Positions 1 to 9,614 are shown, numbered from the stretch's first letter. The stretch: DNA of 55,544 nt from Candidatus Yanofskybacteria bacterium (GCA_023245235.1 JAHFKT010000003.1:1-55544), one strand, 5' to 3'. Numbers and translations: made by a program. The notes: generated from the letters alone by a model not told the origin.

Positions 1-1
1 T

Positions 2-535
2 CAACGAGTTTTAACGCCCCAGATCGCCCGCCTCATGGACAATGTCCTATCAGACAATACAGCCCGCGCCGCCGAGTTCGGTTATAACAGTCCTCTCTAT
101 ATTCCGGGCCACGAGGTCGCAGCAAAAACCGGCACGACGCAGGATAACCGGGACGCTTGGGTGGTCGGTTTTACGCCGGATGTTGCGACTGTCGTCTGGA
201 CCGGCAATAACGATAATGCCTCAATGACCCGGCAGGGCGCCGGCATAAGCGCCTCCGGACCGATGTGGAACGAGTTCATGGTCAAAGCATTGCAGACGCT
301 TCCGAACGACCCGTTCCCCAAACCAAACCCGGTCAGCTCCTCAAAGATCATGCTTGATGGAAATTACGTCTACCGGGCAAGTGACAGTTTCTCCGGCCAA
401 GTCCATGACATCCTGTACTACGTCAACCGGGACGACCCGACCGGAGAATTCCCGCAGGACCCGTCCCAGGATCCCCAGTTTATGAACTGGGATTGGTCCG
501 TACAAAATCTATTCATAGGCTACTCGGCCCAGTGA
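2..535 (+). CDS. Class A penicillin-binding protein, C-terminal transpeptidase fragment (5' end outside window)
   Basis: Frame is open from base 2. KTGTT motif in AAKTGTTQDNRDAWVVGFTPD. TGA stop at 533-535. Confidence 0.85.
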   Translation, partial: QRVLTPQIARLMDNVLSDNTARAAEFGYNSPLYIPGHEVAAKTGTTQDNRDAWVVGFTPDVATVVWTGNNDNASMTRQGAGISASGPMWNEFMVKALQTLPNDPFPKPNPVSSSKIMLDGNYVYRASDSFSGQVHDILYYVNRDDPTGEFPQDPSQDPQFMNWDWSVQNLFIGYSAQ

Positions 536-817
536 TCACCGGATGATCACCTTCTCATAGACGACCTCATGCTTTCTTAGAAAGTCATACAGCGCCCTGC
601 TTTGAAAGATAATTTCATTAGCTACTGTTTTACTCTGCGTCTTAATGAACAGATTCTTGTGGTCAAGGCTCACCTCAATATCAACCCGGGAACCCGCGGG
701 ACCGAGTACACTGATTAAAAATTCCCGCATTACGCGGTTGAGTATTTTTTGTTGATCTGTATTTTTTTGAAGAGATTCCTTACGTTTCGTAAGACTTCCC
801 TGGATACCGCGGAACAT
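536..817 (-). CDS. DUF721/DciA-like small protein downstream of dnaN
   Basis: 93 aa. Its ATG shares one base with the dnaN TGA (TGATG coupling). The C-terminal part (DIEVSLDHKNLFIKTQSKTVANEIIF) resembles the DUF721 pattern, and the position after dnaN is typical. Confidence 0.55.
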   Translation of the reverse strand: MFRGIQGSLTKRKESLQKNTDQQKILNRVMREFLISVLGPAGSRVDIEVSLDHKNLFIKTQSKTVANEIIFQSRALYDFLRKHEVVYEKVIIR

Positions 818-1905
818 CAGCTTCTGAGAGGCATAATAAGATATACCGTCTTATGATCATTACTCGGACGAATTACCAGGGGGCTCCCGGCGCCTGTGAA
901 TTCAATTATCACATCATCAGTAGGCATGTTCTTCAGTCCGTCAAGAAGATAGTGATAGTTAAGAGATACCTCGAAAGGGTCATTTTTTAATACCGCCGGA
1001 ACCACGGTCTCTATCTCGCCTTTATCGGAATTTTTAGCTACGATCTTCAGATTCTGCTCTCCGCACATCAGTTTGATATCAGAGATATGGGAGGAAAATA
1101 AGCCGGCCAGTCTGATGTTTTTTTCGAGTTCTTCTTTTTTGATAAGAGCCCTGGAAAGAAATTTGTCCGGAATGACCTTTTTATAGTCCGGGAATGTGCC
1201 GTCGACCACCCGGGAAACCAGCTCAAAGTCATCATTCGAGAACGATACCTGATTGTCCGAGTATTTTATCTGAAGTTCTCCGCTCAGATCTCCTGAGATT
1301 CGGATCAATTCGGTGATAGTGTTCCGCGGTAAGATCAGAGAAACCGATTCTGAGTTCTTGAACGGAACTACTGTTTCCGTGAGCCGGAATATATCGGTCG
1401 AGGCTAGAGTCGCCTGATTATTTTTAATCTGAACAAATACTCCGGCTAACTCGGGTCTGGTTTCTGAAACAGCGACGGAATCAAGTACTGTGAGAAGTCC
1501 CTTCTTTAAGTTCTTTGCGGGGATTGTAGCAATTACCGGAGTTTTTATCTTAGGGATGATCGGGAAATCTTTCGGGTCAAACCCCAGTATTTGAGTCTTG
1601 TAATGCTCTGAGTTGATAGTGAGGGTATTGTTTTTGGTGGTGAGGGTTATCTTTTCGTCAGTAATGTTTGATATAAAGTCTGAAAAAATACGAGCCGGAA
1701 CTGCGACTTCCCCGACCTCATCTATTTTTACGCCGATCAGCGCAGTGATTCCGACCTCAAGATTTGTAGCGGATAATTTAAGCCTCCCATTCTCTGTTTT
1801 CAGGAGGATATTATTCAAGATCGGAAGCGCGGTATTCCTCGCAACTACCTTCTCGGTGAGATTTATCGCCTGCTTTAGATTTTTTTGGTTGATAGTTATT
1901 TTCAT
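817..1905 (-). CDS. dnaN: DNA polymerase III beta sliding clamp
   Basis: 362 aa. N-terminus MKITINQKNLKQAINLTEKVVARNTALPILNNILL is typical, three-domain length, directly downstream of dnaA. Confidence 0.95.
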   Translation of the reverse strand: MKITINQKNLKQAINLTEKVVARNTALPILNNILLKTENGRLKLSATNLEVGITALIGVKIDEVGEVAVPARIFSDFISNITDEKITLTTKNNTLTINSEHYKTQILGFDPKDFPIIPKIKTPVIATIPAKNLKKGLLTVLDSVAVSETRPELAGVFVQIKNNQATLASTDIFRLTETVVPFKNSESVSLILPRNTITELIRISGDLSGELQIKYSDNQVSFSNDDFELVSRVVDGTFPDYKKVIPDKFLSRALIKKEELEKNIRLAGLFSSHISDIKLMCGEQNLKIVAKNSDKGEIETVVPAVLKNDPFEVSLNYHYLLDGLKNMPTDDVIIEFTGAGSPLVIRPSNDHKTVYLIMPLRS

Positions 1906-2118
1906 AATTAGTAATAGATAATCAAGTTATCTTTATTATTATCGCTGTGTGTATGTGGAGATAATTCTTTAAGGTTCCCATAATCGGGCTTTTTCTTTGA
2001 TAAACTGCGGGCCCGCTGCCGGGAGGCTTCTGTGAATAAGTCTCCTGGAAACACATCGGTAGCCCGGCACAACTCACCCCCGCGGACAACTTTCATTTTA
2101 TTATCCACATAAAAACCC
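1906..2118. promoter_or_regulatory. dnaA-dnaN intergenic region with DnaA boxes (candidate oriC element)
   Basis: Perfect TTATCCACA at 2101-2109. TGTGAATAA at 2031-2039 has one mismatch to the reverse box TGTGGATAA. A two-mismatch box TGTGGAGAT lies at 1954-1962. Confidence 0.5.
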
Positions 2119-3489
2119 CTACTTATCAAAAGAATTGTAAACACGCTCTTTTATCAAAACCAACTCCTGTTTCAGGGGTTCATTGACCGCGGACTCGGCT
2201 TTAATCTTCTCGCAGGCGTGGATCACGGTCGAGTGATCCCGGCCGCCGAGTTTCTGACCGATCTCAGGGAACGAAAGCTTTGTTTCATCCCGGAGAAGGA
2301 ACATGGCTATTTGCCGGGGTCTGACGATCTCTTTCTTTCTGCTGCGCTTGATAAGATCAGCCGCAGAAATGTTGTAAAAGTCGGCCACTGCCTTAAGGAT
2401 CGACTGCGGTGAGGTCTTTCGATACGGCGCGTTCAGGTACGTGTTGAGAATGTTTTTTACTTCTTTGACGTCGGGGACCTTGTTGTAGATCTGACTGAAC
2501 GCGACGACCCTGTTCAGCGCCCCTTCAAGCTCCCGGACATTCTTCTGGATATGAGTTGCTATGTATACCAGGACATCATCACCGAGCTCGGCGTTCTTGC
2601 CCGCCAGTTTTTGCTTCAGGATAGCCAGCCGGGTTTCGAAGTCGGGTGGTTTAATGTCGGCGATCATACCGCCCTCGAACCGGGAGCGGAGCCGCTCCTC
2701 AAGCGCGGGGATAGCTCCCGGAGGCCTGTCGGATGAAAGAATGATCTGCTTGTTCTTGCCGTATAGTTCATTGAAGGTTGAGAAGATAATATCCTGGGTT
2801 TTTTCTTTCCCGGCGATAAATTGAATATCGTCGATGATCAAAAGGTCCAGCCGGGCATATTGGTTTTTAAGGTCCTCTATTGTTCTGTTGCGGATCGCTT
2901 CAACAATATTAGCAGTGAACCGCTCTGCTGGGACGTAGAGCACCTTGCGTTCTTTATTCTCGGAAACCTTATTACCCACCGCCTGAAGCAGATGAGTTTT
3001 CCCTAAACCCACGCCCCCGAAAAGAAAGAGCGGGTTGTAGAGTTTCCCGATATTTTTTGTCACCGCCAGACATGCCGCATTCGCCAGTTCGTTATCAGAG
3101 CCGACAACATAGGAGTCGAACGAGTATCTCTTGTTAAGGTTGGTGAGCTTATCGATATCGAGGTCTACCGGAATCTCGGTCTTCTCTTCAAGCTCTCTGT
3201 CCAGGATGATCTTAGACAGGTCCTGTTTAGCGAACTCAAGCTTGGGTCTCCCTATTGAGTACTTGATCTCCCGTATCTCGGGGGAGAGATTGTGGATTGA
3301 CTGGAGTATCTTCTTGTTGAATTTGTTTTCGAGCCACTCTTTTATAAACCCGTTCGGTACGCTGACCACGATGTAGCCCTTATCCCGTGCGACAACGGAG
3401 GTGTTTTTAAACCAGGTGATGAAATTTGCCCGCGAAAGCGTCAGCTCCATCTCACCAAGCACTGCCTTCCATAATTCTTCATTGGTCAT
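2119..3489 (-). CDS. dnaA: Chromosomal replication initiator DnaA
   Basis: 456 aa. Walker A GGVGLGKTHL, LLIIDDIQF box, C-terminal DNA-binding helix (IGQKLGGRDHSTVIHA). Confidence 0.97.
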   Translation of the reverse strand: MTNEELWKAVLGEMELTLSRANFITWFKNTSVVARDKGYIVVSVPNGFIKEWLENKFNKKILQSIHNLSPEIREIKYSIGRPKLEFAKQDLSKIILDRELEEKTEIPVDLDIDKLTNLNKRYSFDSYVVGSDNELANAACLAVTKNIGKLYNPLFLFGGVGLGKTHLLQAVGNKVSENKERKVLYVPAERFTANIVEAIRNRTIEDLKNQYARLDLLIIDDIQFIAGKEKTQDIIFSTFNELYGKNKQIILSSDRPPGAIPALEERLRSRFEGGMIADIKPPDFETRLAILKQKLAGKNAELGDDVLVYIATHIQKNVRELEGALNRVVAFSQIYNKVPDVKEVKNILNTYLNAPYRKTSPQSILKAVADFYNISAADLIKRSRKKEIVRPRQIAMFLLRDETKLSFPEIGQKLGGRDHSTVIHACEKIKAESAVNEPLKQELVLIKERVYNSFDK

Positions 3490-3724
3490 AGGTGTTCGGT
3501 TCGTTTAGCTGGCTCCATTATACTGAATCGTAGATCTGATCGGCCGGAATTCAGTTGATATGCTGTTCATAACTCATCGTAACTTTTTCAGAATCACGCC
3601 TGATACAACTTATATAACAAGCCGAGGGAAATAGTAAATATTGACCCCGGCCCCGAAGTGTTTTCTGATGATGAAAAACCGGCCCGAATATTCCAAGCAG
3701 GCCCGGGGTCAGCAAAAAGAAGCA

Positions 3725-3753
3725 TTGACCAAAACAAAAAGAAACGATATATT
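3725..3753 (+). promoter_or_regulatory. Sigma70-like promoter for rpmH-rnpA
   Basis: TTGACC (3725-3730), 17 nt spacer, TATATT (3748-3753), about 30 nt upstream of the rpmH ATG. Confidence 0.45.
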
Positions 3754-3785
3754 GGCTCTATACCAACCCCGTAACGCCACTCACC

Positions 3786-3932
3786 ATGAGGAGAATATTA
3801 GCCGCAACGTGGAGACCCAAAAAGAAGAAAAGAAAGCGCAAGCACGGCTTTCTTTCCCGTATGAGCTCGAAGACCGGCCGGGACGTGTTAGCTCGGCGCA
3901 GACAGAAGGGTCGCAAAAGAACTACCGTCTAG
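3786..3932 (+). CDS. rpmH: 50S ribosomal protein L34 (below the ORF-track size cutoff)
   Basis: Hand translation gives [48 protein letters not shown]. The HGF..RM....GR.VLARRR.KGRKR signature is present, and it sits directly upstream of rnpA. Confidence 0.9.
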   Translation: MRRILAATWRPKKKKRKRKHGFLSRMSSKTGRDVLARRRQKGRKRTTV

Positions 3933-3942
3933 CAGTTCTGCC

Positions 3943-4278
3943 GTGGCACTTCCTAAAAACAACCGGCTAAAGAAGAAGCGCGACTTTGAGGCGGTTTTCA
4001 AGACGGGCAAGGCCGTAAATGGCACTTTTTTATTCGCTAAATTTAAAAAATCACCGTCGAATGTCTCGCGGTTCGGATTTGTCGTCAGCTCTAAGGTCGC
4101 CAAAAAAGCCGTTGTACGGAACAGGATAAGGAGAGCCCTCACCGCGACAGTTCAGTCCGGTCTCTTGCCTAGGCGTCAGGCATACGATACGGTGGTGGTG
4201 GTCACCAGAAAAGCCGACAGCCCGGATCTGCTTCGCAAGGATCTTGCCGAGGTCATAAAACGGTCGGGAATATTATGA
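3943..4278 (+). CDS. rnpA: RNase P protein component
   Basis: 111 aa, GTG start, LPKNNRLKKKRDFEAVFKTGK motif. Conserved rpmH-rnpA-yidD-yidC order. Confidence 0.9.
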   Translation: MALPKNNRLKKKRDFEAVFKTGKAVNGTFLFAKFKKSPSNVSRFGFVVSSKVAKKAVVRNRIRRALTATVQSGLLPRRQAYDTVVVVTRKADSPDLLRKDLAEVIKRSGIL

Positions 4279-4502
4279 ACACTACACTCTTCCTAATACG
4301 GATATATCAAAAGTTCTCTAACTGGCTCAGGCAGGCCCAGGTTCCCGTAGCCGCCTACTCGACATGCAAATTTTACCCGCCCTGTTCAGAATATGCCGAA
4401 CTCGCGATCAAGCGGCACGGGTTGGCAAAAGGCATGAGGAAATCAATCGTCCGCGTTTGGCGTTGTAATCCGCTTTCTTCCGGAGGCGTCGACTATCCAT
4501 AA
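4275..4502 (+). CDS. yidD: Membrane protein insertion efficiency factor YidD
   Basis: 75 aa with the CKFYPPCSEYA...RCNPLSSGGVDYP signature. Overlaps rnpA by 4 nt. Confidence 0.9.
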   Translation: MNTTLFLIRIYQKFSNWLRQAQVPVAAYSTCKFYPPCSEYAELAIKRHGLAKGMRKSIVRVWRCNPLSSGGVDYP

Positions 4503-5197
4503 TGGCAAATCTGTTCAATACAATTCTGTATACCCCGCTGTTTAACCTGCTCATTTTTCTGTATGACGTGATTCCCGGGCATGATTTCGGCATTGCGATC
4601 ATCGCCCTCACGGTATTAATCCGTGTCGCCTTCTCTCCCCTTTCGCTCAAAGCTCAGCGATCACAAAAAGCGCTCAACGCCCTTAATCCGAAGATCAAGG
4701 ACATAAAAGAGAAGTTTAAAAATGATCAGACGGCTCAAGGGGCGGAGATCATGAAGTTGTATAAAGAGCACGGAGTTAACCCGATAGCCGGATGTCTGCC
4801 GTTGCTGATCCAACTTCCGATCCTCATCGCTCTGTACCGGGCATTTATTGCCGGCCTGAATCCTCAGAGTCTGGCGATGATATATCCGTTCATCCACAAC
4901 CCGGTATCGATAAGCCCGACATTCATCGGCCTCATTACCATCACCGCGCATAACCGGTATTTAGCCGTTGTGGCGGGCCTTCTCCAGTTCTTCCAGGCCC
5001 GCCAGAGCATGAACTATATGCGTTTGGGCGGCCCTCCGGCCCCCGAAATGGCGGCCCTGAATAATCAGATGCTTTACTTCTTTCCGGTATTTATCGTGAT
5101 CATCGGTTGGAATTTGCCGGCCGGTCTGATACTATACTGGATAACGACAACCTTATTTTCTATTGTCGAACAGCTTTATCTCCGCCGAACATCATGA
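4502..5197 (+). CDS. yidC: Membrane insertase YidC (short form)
   Basis: 231 aa, polytopic, with PIAGCLPLLIQLPILIALY and PAGLILYWITTTLFS motifs. TAATG overlap with yidD. Confidence 0.9.
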   Translation: MANLFNTILYTPLFNLLIFLYDVIPGHDFGIAIIALTVLIRVAFSPLSLKAQRSQKALNALNPKIKDIKEKFKNDQTAQGAEIMKLYKEHGVNPIAGCLPLLIQLPILIALYRAFIAGLNPQSLAMIYPFIHNPVSISPTFIGLITITAHNRYLAVVAGLLQFFQARQSMNYMRLGGPPAPEMAALNNQMLYFFPVFIVIIGWNLPAGLILYWITTTLFSIVEQLYLRRTS

Positions 5198-5676
5198 GCA
5201 TCACATCTGACCAAAAAATCGCCATCGCAGGCGCTATACAGAAGATCGTCCGGGCCATGAACCTTGATTGCCAGGTTGAGATGCGGGAAGATCTGAAAGA
5301 AGGCAAGAATGTCGTGGAGGCCTCCTTGAGCACTCCCGACCAGGCCCGCTTTCTTATCGGCAAAAACGGCCAGAATCTTCAAGCACTCGAGCATGTGCTC
5401 CGGGCGATGTTCCTGAGAGACTCAAGTGCCAGCGGGTACATGATCGCGGTAGACGTCAATGACTACAAGAAATCACGGGCTCTTCACGTCATCGAGCTAG
5501 CCCATCAGGCGGTAGCAAGAGTCCGCAGCACCCGAAAAGCCGAGGCTCTCGCACCGATGTCGGCGTATGAACGCCGGGTTGTTCATACAGAGCTGGCCTC
5601 GATGCCTGACATCGTGACAGAAAGCATCGGCCAGGAACCTCAACGAAGGATTATCGTCAAACCGCATAATCCATAA
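5194..5676 (+). CDS. jag: Jag/KhpB-type KH-R3H RNA-binding protein
   Basis: I chose the internal ATG at 5194 (ATGA overlap with the yidC stop). KNGQNLQALEHVL (KH-like) and ERRVVHTEL (R3H) motifs. Confidence 0.85.
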   Translation: MSITSDQKIAIAGAIQKIVRAMNLDCQVEMREDLKEGKNVVEASLSTPDQARFLIGKNGQNLQALEHVLRAMFLRDSSASGYMIAVDVNDYKKSRALHVIELAHQAVARVRSTRKAEALAPMSAYERRVVHTELASMPDIVTESIGQEPQRRIIVKPHNP

Positions 5677-5681
5677 CCCAT

Positions 5682-5717
5682 AACAAAAACGTCCACCGTG
5701 GGGTGGACGTTTTTGTT
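5682..5717. terminator. Bidirectional intrinsic terminator hairpin
   Basis: Perfect 16-bp stem AACAAAAACGTCCACC / GGTGGACGTTTTTGTT with loop GTGG. It has A/T runs on both sides and lies between convergent jag and the beta-propeller gene. Confidence 0.75.
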
Positions 5718-6789
5718 ATTGAGAGAGCGGAGCCGCCCAGATGCTATGGTCGGCCCGATTGGTCAGTACAAGGAAATCCTGCAGATGCGAGATAAAGACA
5801 TCGTCCGGACTGAACACGAGATCCGCGGCCAGTGTCTTTAAAGACAGATCCGACACCAGGACGCGGACGATTGAGGAGCTGGCGTTTTCTTCGGCCACGC
5901 AGACAAAGGAACGGCCATCCAGATGCCACGAACAGTGATCTGCCGTAGCCATAACCCCGACGGCCTGGTCCGTTCCGGATATCATATCGTGGATCCTAAG
6001 ACCCGGCCGATCGTCGACCGTGCTCGAGTAAAGTAATTCCGTTGCATCCGGCGACCAGCGTATCTTAAGATCGGGCATGCTGTCCAGGATTTTAACCAGG
6101 GCTCCGTCCGTACCCAGGGTATAAAGAGTCGAGGCCGTACTCGAAACGCCAGCCATGAGCGACAGCAGTTCATCCGATTGCCAGGATAGAGAAAGGTCTC
6201 TGAGGCGGGTCTTTAAAATTGTCCGAGGATCGCTACCGTCCGGCCGGGCGACAATAATGTCAGTCTCATCGCCGGATATCTTTGCCAGTGCGACGGAAGA
6301 ACTGTCCGGAGAGAATGCCGCCGCGGCGATATCACTGCCCAGCTCCGCGGTTTTATGGGTTTCATAATCAAAGTATTTATATAGCGTACCGCTGGCCGAA
6401 GAATAGAGTCCGAGCACTTTTTTGACATCGGGAGACCAGATGACTCCGATGAGATGAGGCAGTCCGACATCGGATACAAGTGTGCTTTTTTGGTCGGCTA
6501 TACTGATCCGCGAAACAAAGCCGGTCTCGCGATGGTAGTATAAGACGCCGTCGCTGGAGCCGTCGTTAGTGGCGGAAAGCGAATCGTCCGCGGAGATTTT
6601 AAAAAGGCCATCTGGCGCCGCGGAGCCTTCCGGGGGTTTTATGCCGGTGAAGCGGGAAAGCAGGGCTCCTTGCTGCTGGCCGGCGCCGCTCGTTTGTCCG
6701 GATGGATGAGTAAGCAAATATCCGGTAAGGAATGAACCCAGTGATGCGGTGATGACGATCAGGATAATTAGTTGTTTTCGGGTGTCCAT
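5716..6789 (-). CDS. Membrane-anchored TolB-like (PD40/WD40-like) beta-propeller protein
   Basis: 357 aa. N-terminal TM (LIILIVITASLGSFLTGYLL). Repeated WSPD/FSPD motifs (WSPDVKKV, FSPDSSSVA, WSPDATELLY). Last gene of the T4SS-like operon. Confidence 0.6.
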   Translation of the reverse strand: MDTRKQLIILIVITASLGSFLTGYLLTHPSGQTSGAGQQQGALLSRFTGIKPPEGSAAPDGLFKISADDSLSATNDGSSDGVLYYHRETGFVSRISIADQKSTLVSDVGLPHLIGVIWSPDVKKVLGLYSSASGTLYKYFDYETHKTAELGSDIAAAAFSPDSSSVALAKISGDETDIIVARPDGSDPRTILKTRLRDLSLSWQSDELLSLMAGVSSTASTLYTLGTDGALVKILDSMPDLKIRWSPDATELLYSSTVDDRPGLRIHDMISGTDQAVGVMATADHCSWHLDGRSFVCVAEENASSSIVRVLVSDLSLKTLAADLVFSPDDVFISHLQDFLVLTNRADHSIWAAPLSQ

Positions 6790-6797
6790 CGGGATCT

Positions 6798-7211
6798 TTA
6801 TGACGATTCTGCGGTCTGGCCCTCTACTTTCTGTAACAGTTTACTCCGGGATTTTACGAACGTAAATACGAGCGCGACGATATCAATGGGGATGAGGTCA
6901 ATGACCGGGATGGCGTCGATGACCAGGGAGGAGTTCATAAAAAACTTTGCGCGCTTGAGGGATTTGGTATATGGCCGGAGCATGACAAACAATAGGATGC
7001 TTATCAGAACTCCGACGAACCAGCCGATAGTACCGGCGGTCAGCCACTCAACTCCGGTCTGGAGTAACATCAGAAAAAGAGAGATCAGGAATATCAGTAT
7101 GCCCATCCGCTTTTGTTGCGGAGGAGGAGATTCCTGACCGGCCTCAGTTTCCATCCGCTCAGCGGCCCGTTCGATCTCGAGTTCATTTTTAATCTCCAAT
7201 TCATCATCCAT
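6798..7211 (-). CDS. Small integral membrane protein (unknown function), T4SS-like operon
   Basis: 137 aa. Acidic N-terminus followed by 3-4 hydrophobic helices. Starts 2 nt after the VirB4 stop. Confidence 0.5.
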   Translation of the reverse strand: MDDELEIKNELEIERAAERMETEAGQESPPPQQKRMGILIFLISLFLMLLQTGVEWLTAGTIGWFVGVLISILLFVMLRPYTKSLKRAKFFMNSSLVIDAIPVIDLIPIDIVALVFTFVKSRSKLLQKVEGQTAESS

Positions 7212-7212
7212 A

Positions 7213-8964
7213 TTATTGCTGCAATTTAGCCCACTCGTCTTTCGCCTTCTCTATCTCGACGATCTGGCGGGGATCGGAGGTGATGATCTGGTCCTCCGCA
7301 TATGACGCCACCACCCGGATACCGATATGGTTCTGTCCGAGGAAGAATAACCCGAATCCGACCCGGGCCTCCAGGAGGTAGAATTTCTCGGCATCCGTCA
7401 GGTTGAACGTCTGCTGGACGATATCGATCGCAGCCGGAGATTGCTTCATCAGGATCTGGATCGAAGAGTTGGTGAGGATGGTTTTACCCTGAGGACTTGC
7501 CAGAAAGTCCGGAATGTCCTGGGAGATCGTTGTCAGGCCGGCGTAGTATTTACGGGCCCGCTTGGCGATATTGGAAAGGAAGTTAGCGCCGACCTCATAT
7601 TTCATGAGCCACCAGGCCTCGTCAACGATGAGAACCCGCTTCTTGAGCGTGCGCCTGATCGTGACCCAGATAAAATTCAAGATCAGATACATGGCTATCG
7701 GACGCAACTCTTCCTCCATGTCCCGGATACTGAATACGATCATCTGATTATTCAGCGGCACATTGGTCGGCTTATTCAGAAATCCTGAGAATGTCCCCTG
7801 GGTGTATTTTTTCAGCCGGATGGCCATTGATTCCGCACCGGTGAGGCCCTCGAGGATATTTTGGAGGTCAGACAGGACCGGAGGCGGTAACTTGGTGAAA
7901 TCAGTATCGGGCGTGATATCTTTTATCGCGTAGGTCTGGATGAGAGCCTCGTCAAGAACGGCCCCTTCCTCGGGTGTCAGGTTGCCAAGGATCAGTTTTA
8001 ACAGCCCGGTCAGGTCGAGGATGTGGGACTTGAATACATCGGCCGACGACTCCCCTTCTTTCGGGATCGGCAGGTCGAACGGGTTGATGTGCTGATCAGA
8101 GTTGATGGAGATCTTAACGGTTGATCCTCCGACAGTATCGGAGAGATATTTGTACTCATCTTCGGGGTCGATGATCAGAACTTGGGTCCCGAAGATAAGA
8201 CTGCGGAGTATCTCAAGCTTTACGGTATAACTCTTACCGCCGCCGGACTTGCCGAATACAACTGCGTTCGCATTTTCCAGATTGAACCGGTCAAACAATA
8301 CCAATGAATTATTATGCGTATTGATGCCGTATAAGATACCCGAGTTCGAGGTCAGGTCGAACGAGATGAACGGGAACAATGAAGAGATCGGCTCGGTGTT
8401 GAGGGAGGTATGGATATTCAGCCGGTCATCGTCCATAGGGAGGGTCGAATTGAAACCGTCCATCATCCGGAAGGTCGCACTTTTGGCGAATATCAGCTGA
8501 TACTCCAGGAGGCCTTTTATCTTACCCTCGGTGTCGTCAAGTTCCTTCAGACTGTTCTCATAGAATGTGACATAAACGCCGAGCTCGAAGAATTTATCAG
8601 TTCCCTGCTGGAGCTTGTCCCGGAGCACCTCGATATCCTGGATCGCAGTCTCGATGACCGGGTCGCGCACCCTGCCCTTTGACGACTCTTCCATTGATTG
8701 GGCTTCCAGACGGGCCAGCTGGTCACGGAGCTGCTTTAATACGGTGGCGGTGTTCTTCGGGTGTACGAATATCGAGACATCGAACACACGGTCGAGGTTT
8801 ATGATCGGCGAGAACCAGTTGGTGTTCAGGTACCGCGGATAGGTCGCAAGAAATATCGTTCGGGCGTATTTAGGCCCGAGCTGAATAAAGTTGGACGATA
8901 CCGCCAGTGCAGACGGGGCAAGCAGTTCTTCGGCGTTCCGGGTTGTGGTCGTATCCTCGGGCAT
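7213..8964 (-). CDS. VirB4/TraC/PrgJ-family type IV secretion ATPase (core and ATPase part)
   Basis: 583 aa. Walker A GKSGGGKSYTVK, Walker B VLIVDEAWWL. N-terminal LGPKYARTIFLATYPRYLNTNWFSPII motif is typical of Gram-positive VirB4 homologues. Confidence 0.85.
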   Translation of the reverse strand: MPEDTTTTRNAEELLAPSALAVSSNFIQLGPKYARTIFLATYPRYLNTNWFSPIINLDRVFDVSIFVHPKNTATVLKQLRDQLARLEAQSMEESSKGRVRDPVIETAIQDIEVLRDKLQQGTDKFFELGVYVTFYENSLKELDDTEGKIKGLLEYQLIFAKSATFRMMDGFNSTLPMDDDRLNIHTSLNTEPISSLFPFISFDLTSNSGILYGINTHNNSLVLFDRFNLENANAVVFGKSGGGKSYTVKLEILRSLIFGTQVLIIDPEDEYKYLSDTVGGSTVKISINSDQHINPFDLPIPKEGESSADVFKSHILDLTGLLKLILGNLTPEEGAVLDEALIQTYAIKDITPDTDFTKLPPPVLSDLQNILEGLTGAESMAIRLKKYTQGTFSGFLNKPTNVPLNNQMIVFSIRDMEEELRPIAMYLILNFIWVTIRRTLKKRVLIVDEAWWLMKYEVGANFLSNIAKRARKYYAGLTTISQDIPDFLASPQGKTILTNSSIQILMKQSPAAIDIVQQTFNLTDAEKFYLLEARVGFGLFFLGQNHIGIRVVASYAEDQIITSDPRQIVEIEKAKDEWAKLQQ

Positions 8965-8966
8965 GG

Positions 8967-9614
8967 TTATGGGCGTAATTCTCCGGAAGTCTGAAGCTTT
9001 GTGCTCTCTCCGGGGTTATATAAGTTGAAAAATAAGTTTACCAGCTCTTCCTGGCCGAGCAGGCGCGCCTTCAGGCCCAGACTGATCAGGCCGTCAAGGA
9101 CCAGGTCCGCCCGCTGCATGAGCTGGGTCCGGTATGTTTCTATCTCGGCCTGGTTTATCTTCCTTACCACCCCTGCCGGGCTTAAGACGCTTTTGAAGCT
9201 CTGCACAAGGCCGGTCTTCTCGGGTTTTTCGTATATATAGAATGGAAGCACAATATAGAATTTCTTAGACATTATATGGGACAGCTCGAGCAGTTCTTTG
9301 ATGAACTTAGCGTATTCGACGGCCTGGATCTTCATAAGCTCGCTCTCATTATTGACAGAGACGGTGTCCAGGAGCTTCAGGTATTCGTCCATGTTCAGCT
9401 GGCGGGAACTGACCACGATCTGGAGCGGGAAATCGATCGAGTTCAAAAAACGCTGGAAGTTCTGGAGAATGCCGACCTGCTCCGGCTCTGACCGCAGTTC
9501 AAAATTGATCGACGACACTTCGATCACGGCCCTCAGGGAGCCGTTCTTAAGGAGGACGACGGTATCCTGGATATCCGCCACCTCGACCAGGTCTTTTGTG
9601 GATACGTTTGCCAT
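8967..9614 (-). CDS. VirB4 N-terminal-domain-like protein (separate ORF)
   Basis: 215 aa. DLVEVADIQDTVVLLKNGSLRAVIEVSSINFELRSEPEQ resembles the N-terminus of full-length Firmicute VirB4 proteins. The stop is 2 nt before the next ATG, in a different frame. Confidence 0.55.
   Translation of the reverse strand: MANVSTKDLVEVADIQDTVVLLKNGSLRAVIEVSSINFELRSEPEQVGILQNFQRFLNSIDFPLQIVVSSRQLNMDEYLKLLDTVSVNNESELMKIQAVEYAKFIKELLELSHIMSKKFYIVLPFYIYEKPEKTGLVQSFKSVLSPAGVVRKINQAEIETYRTQLMQRADLVLDGLISLGLKARLLGQEELVNLFFNLYNPGESTKLQTSGELRP

Noticed and set aside
1908-2144. 78-aa minus-strand ORF in the dnaA-dnaN spacer
   Set aside because: It covers the DnaA-box region and overlaps the dnaA stop. It has no motif, and the region is more plausibly regulatory DNA.
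3641-3970. 109-aa ORF spanning the rpmH region
   Set aside because: It is out of frame with the clear L34 coding sequence (3786-3932) and overlaps the promoter region and the rnpA start.
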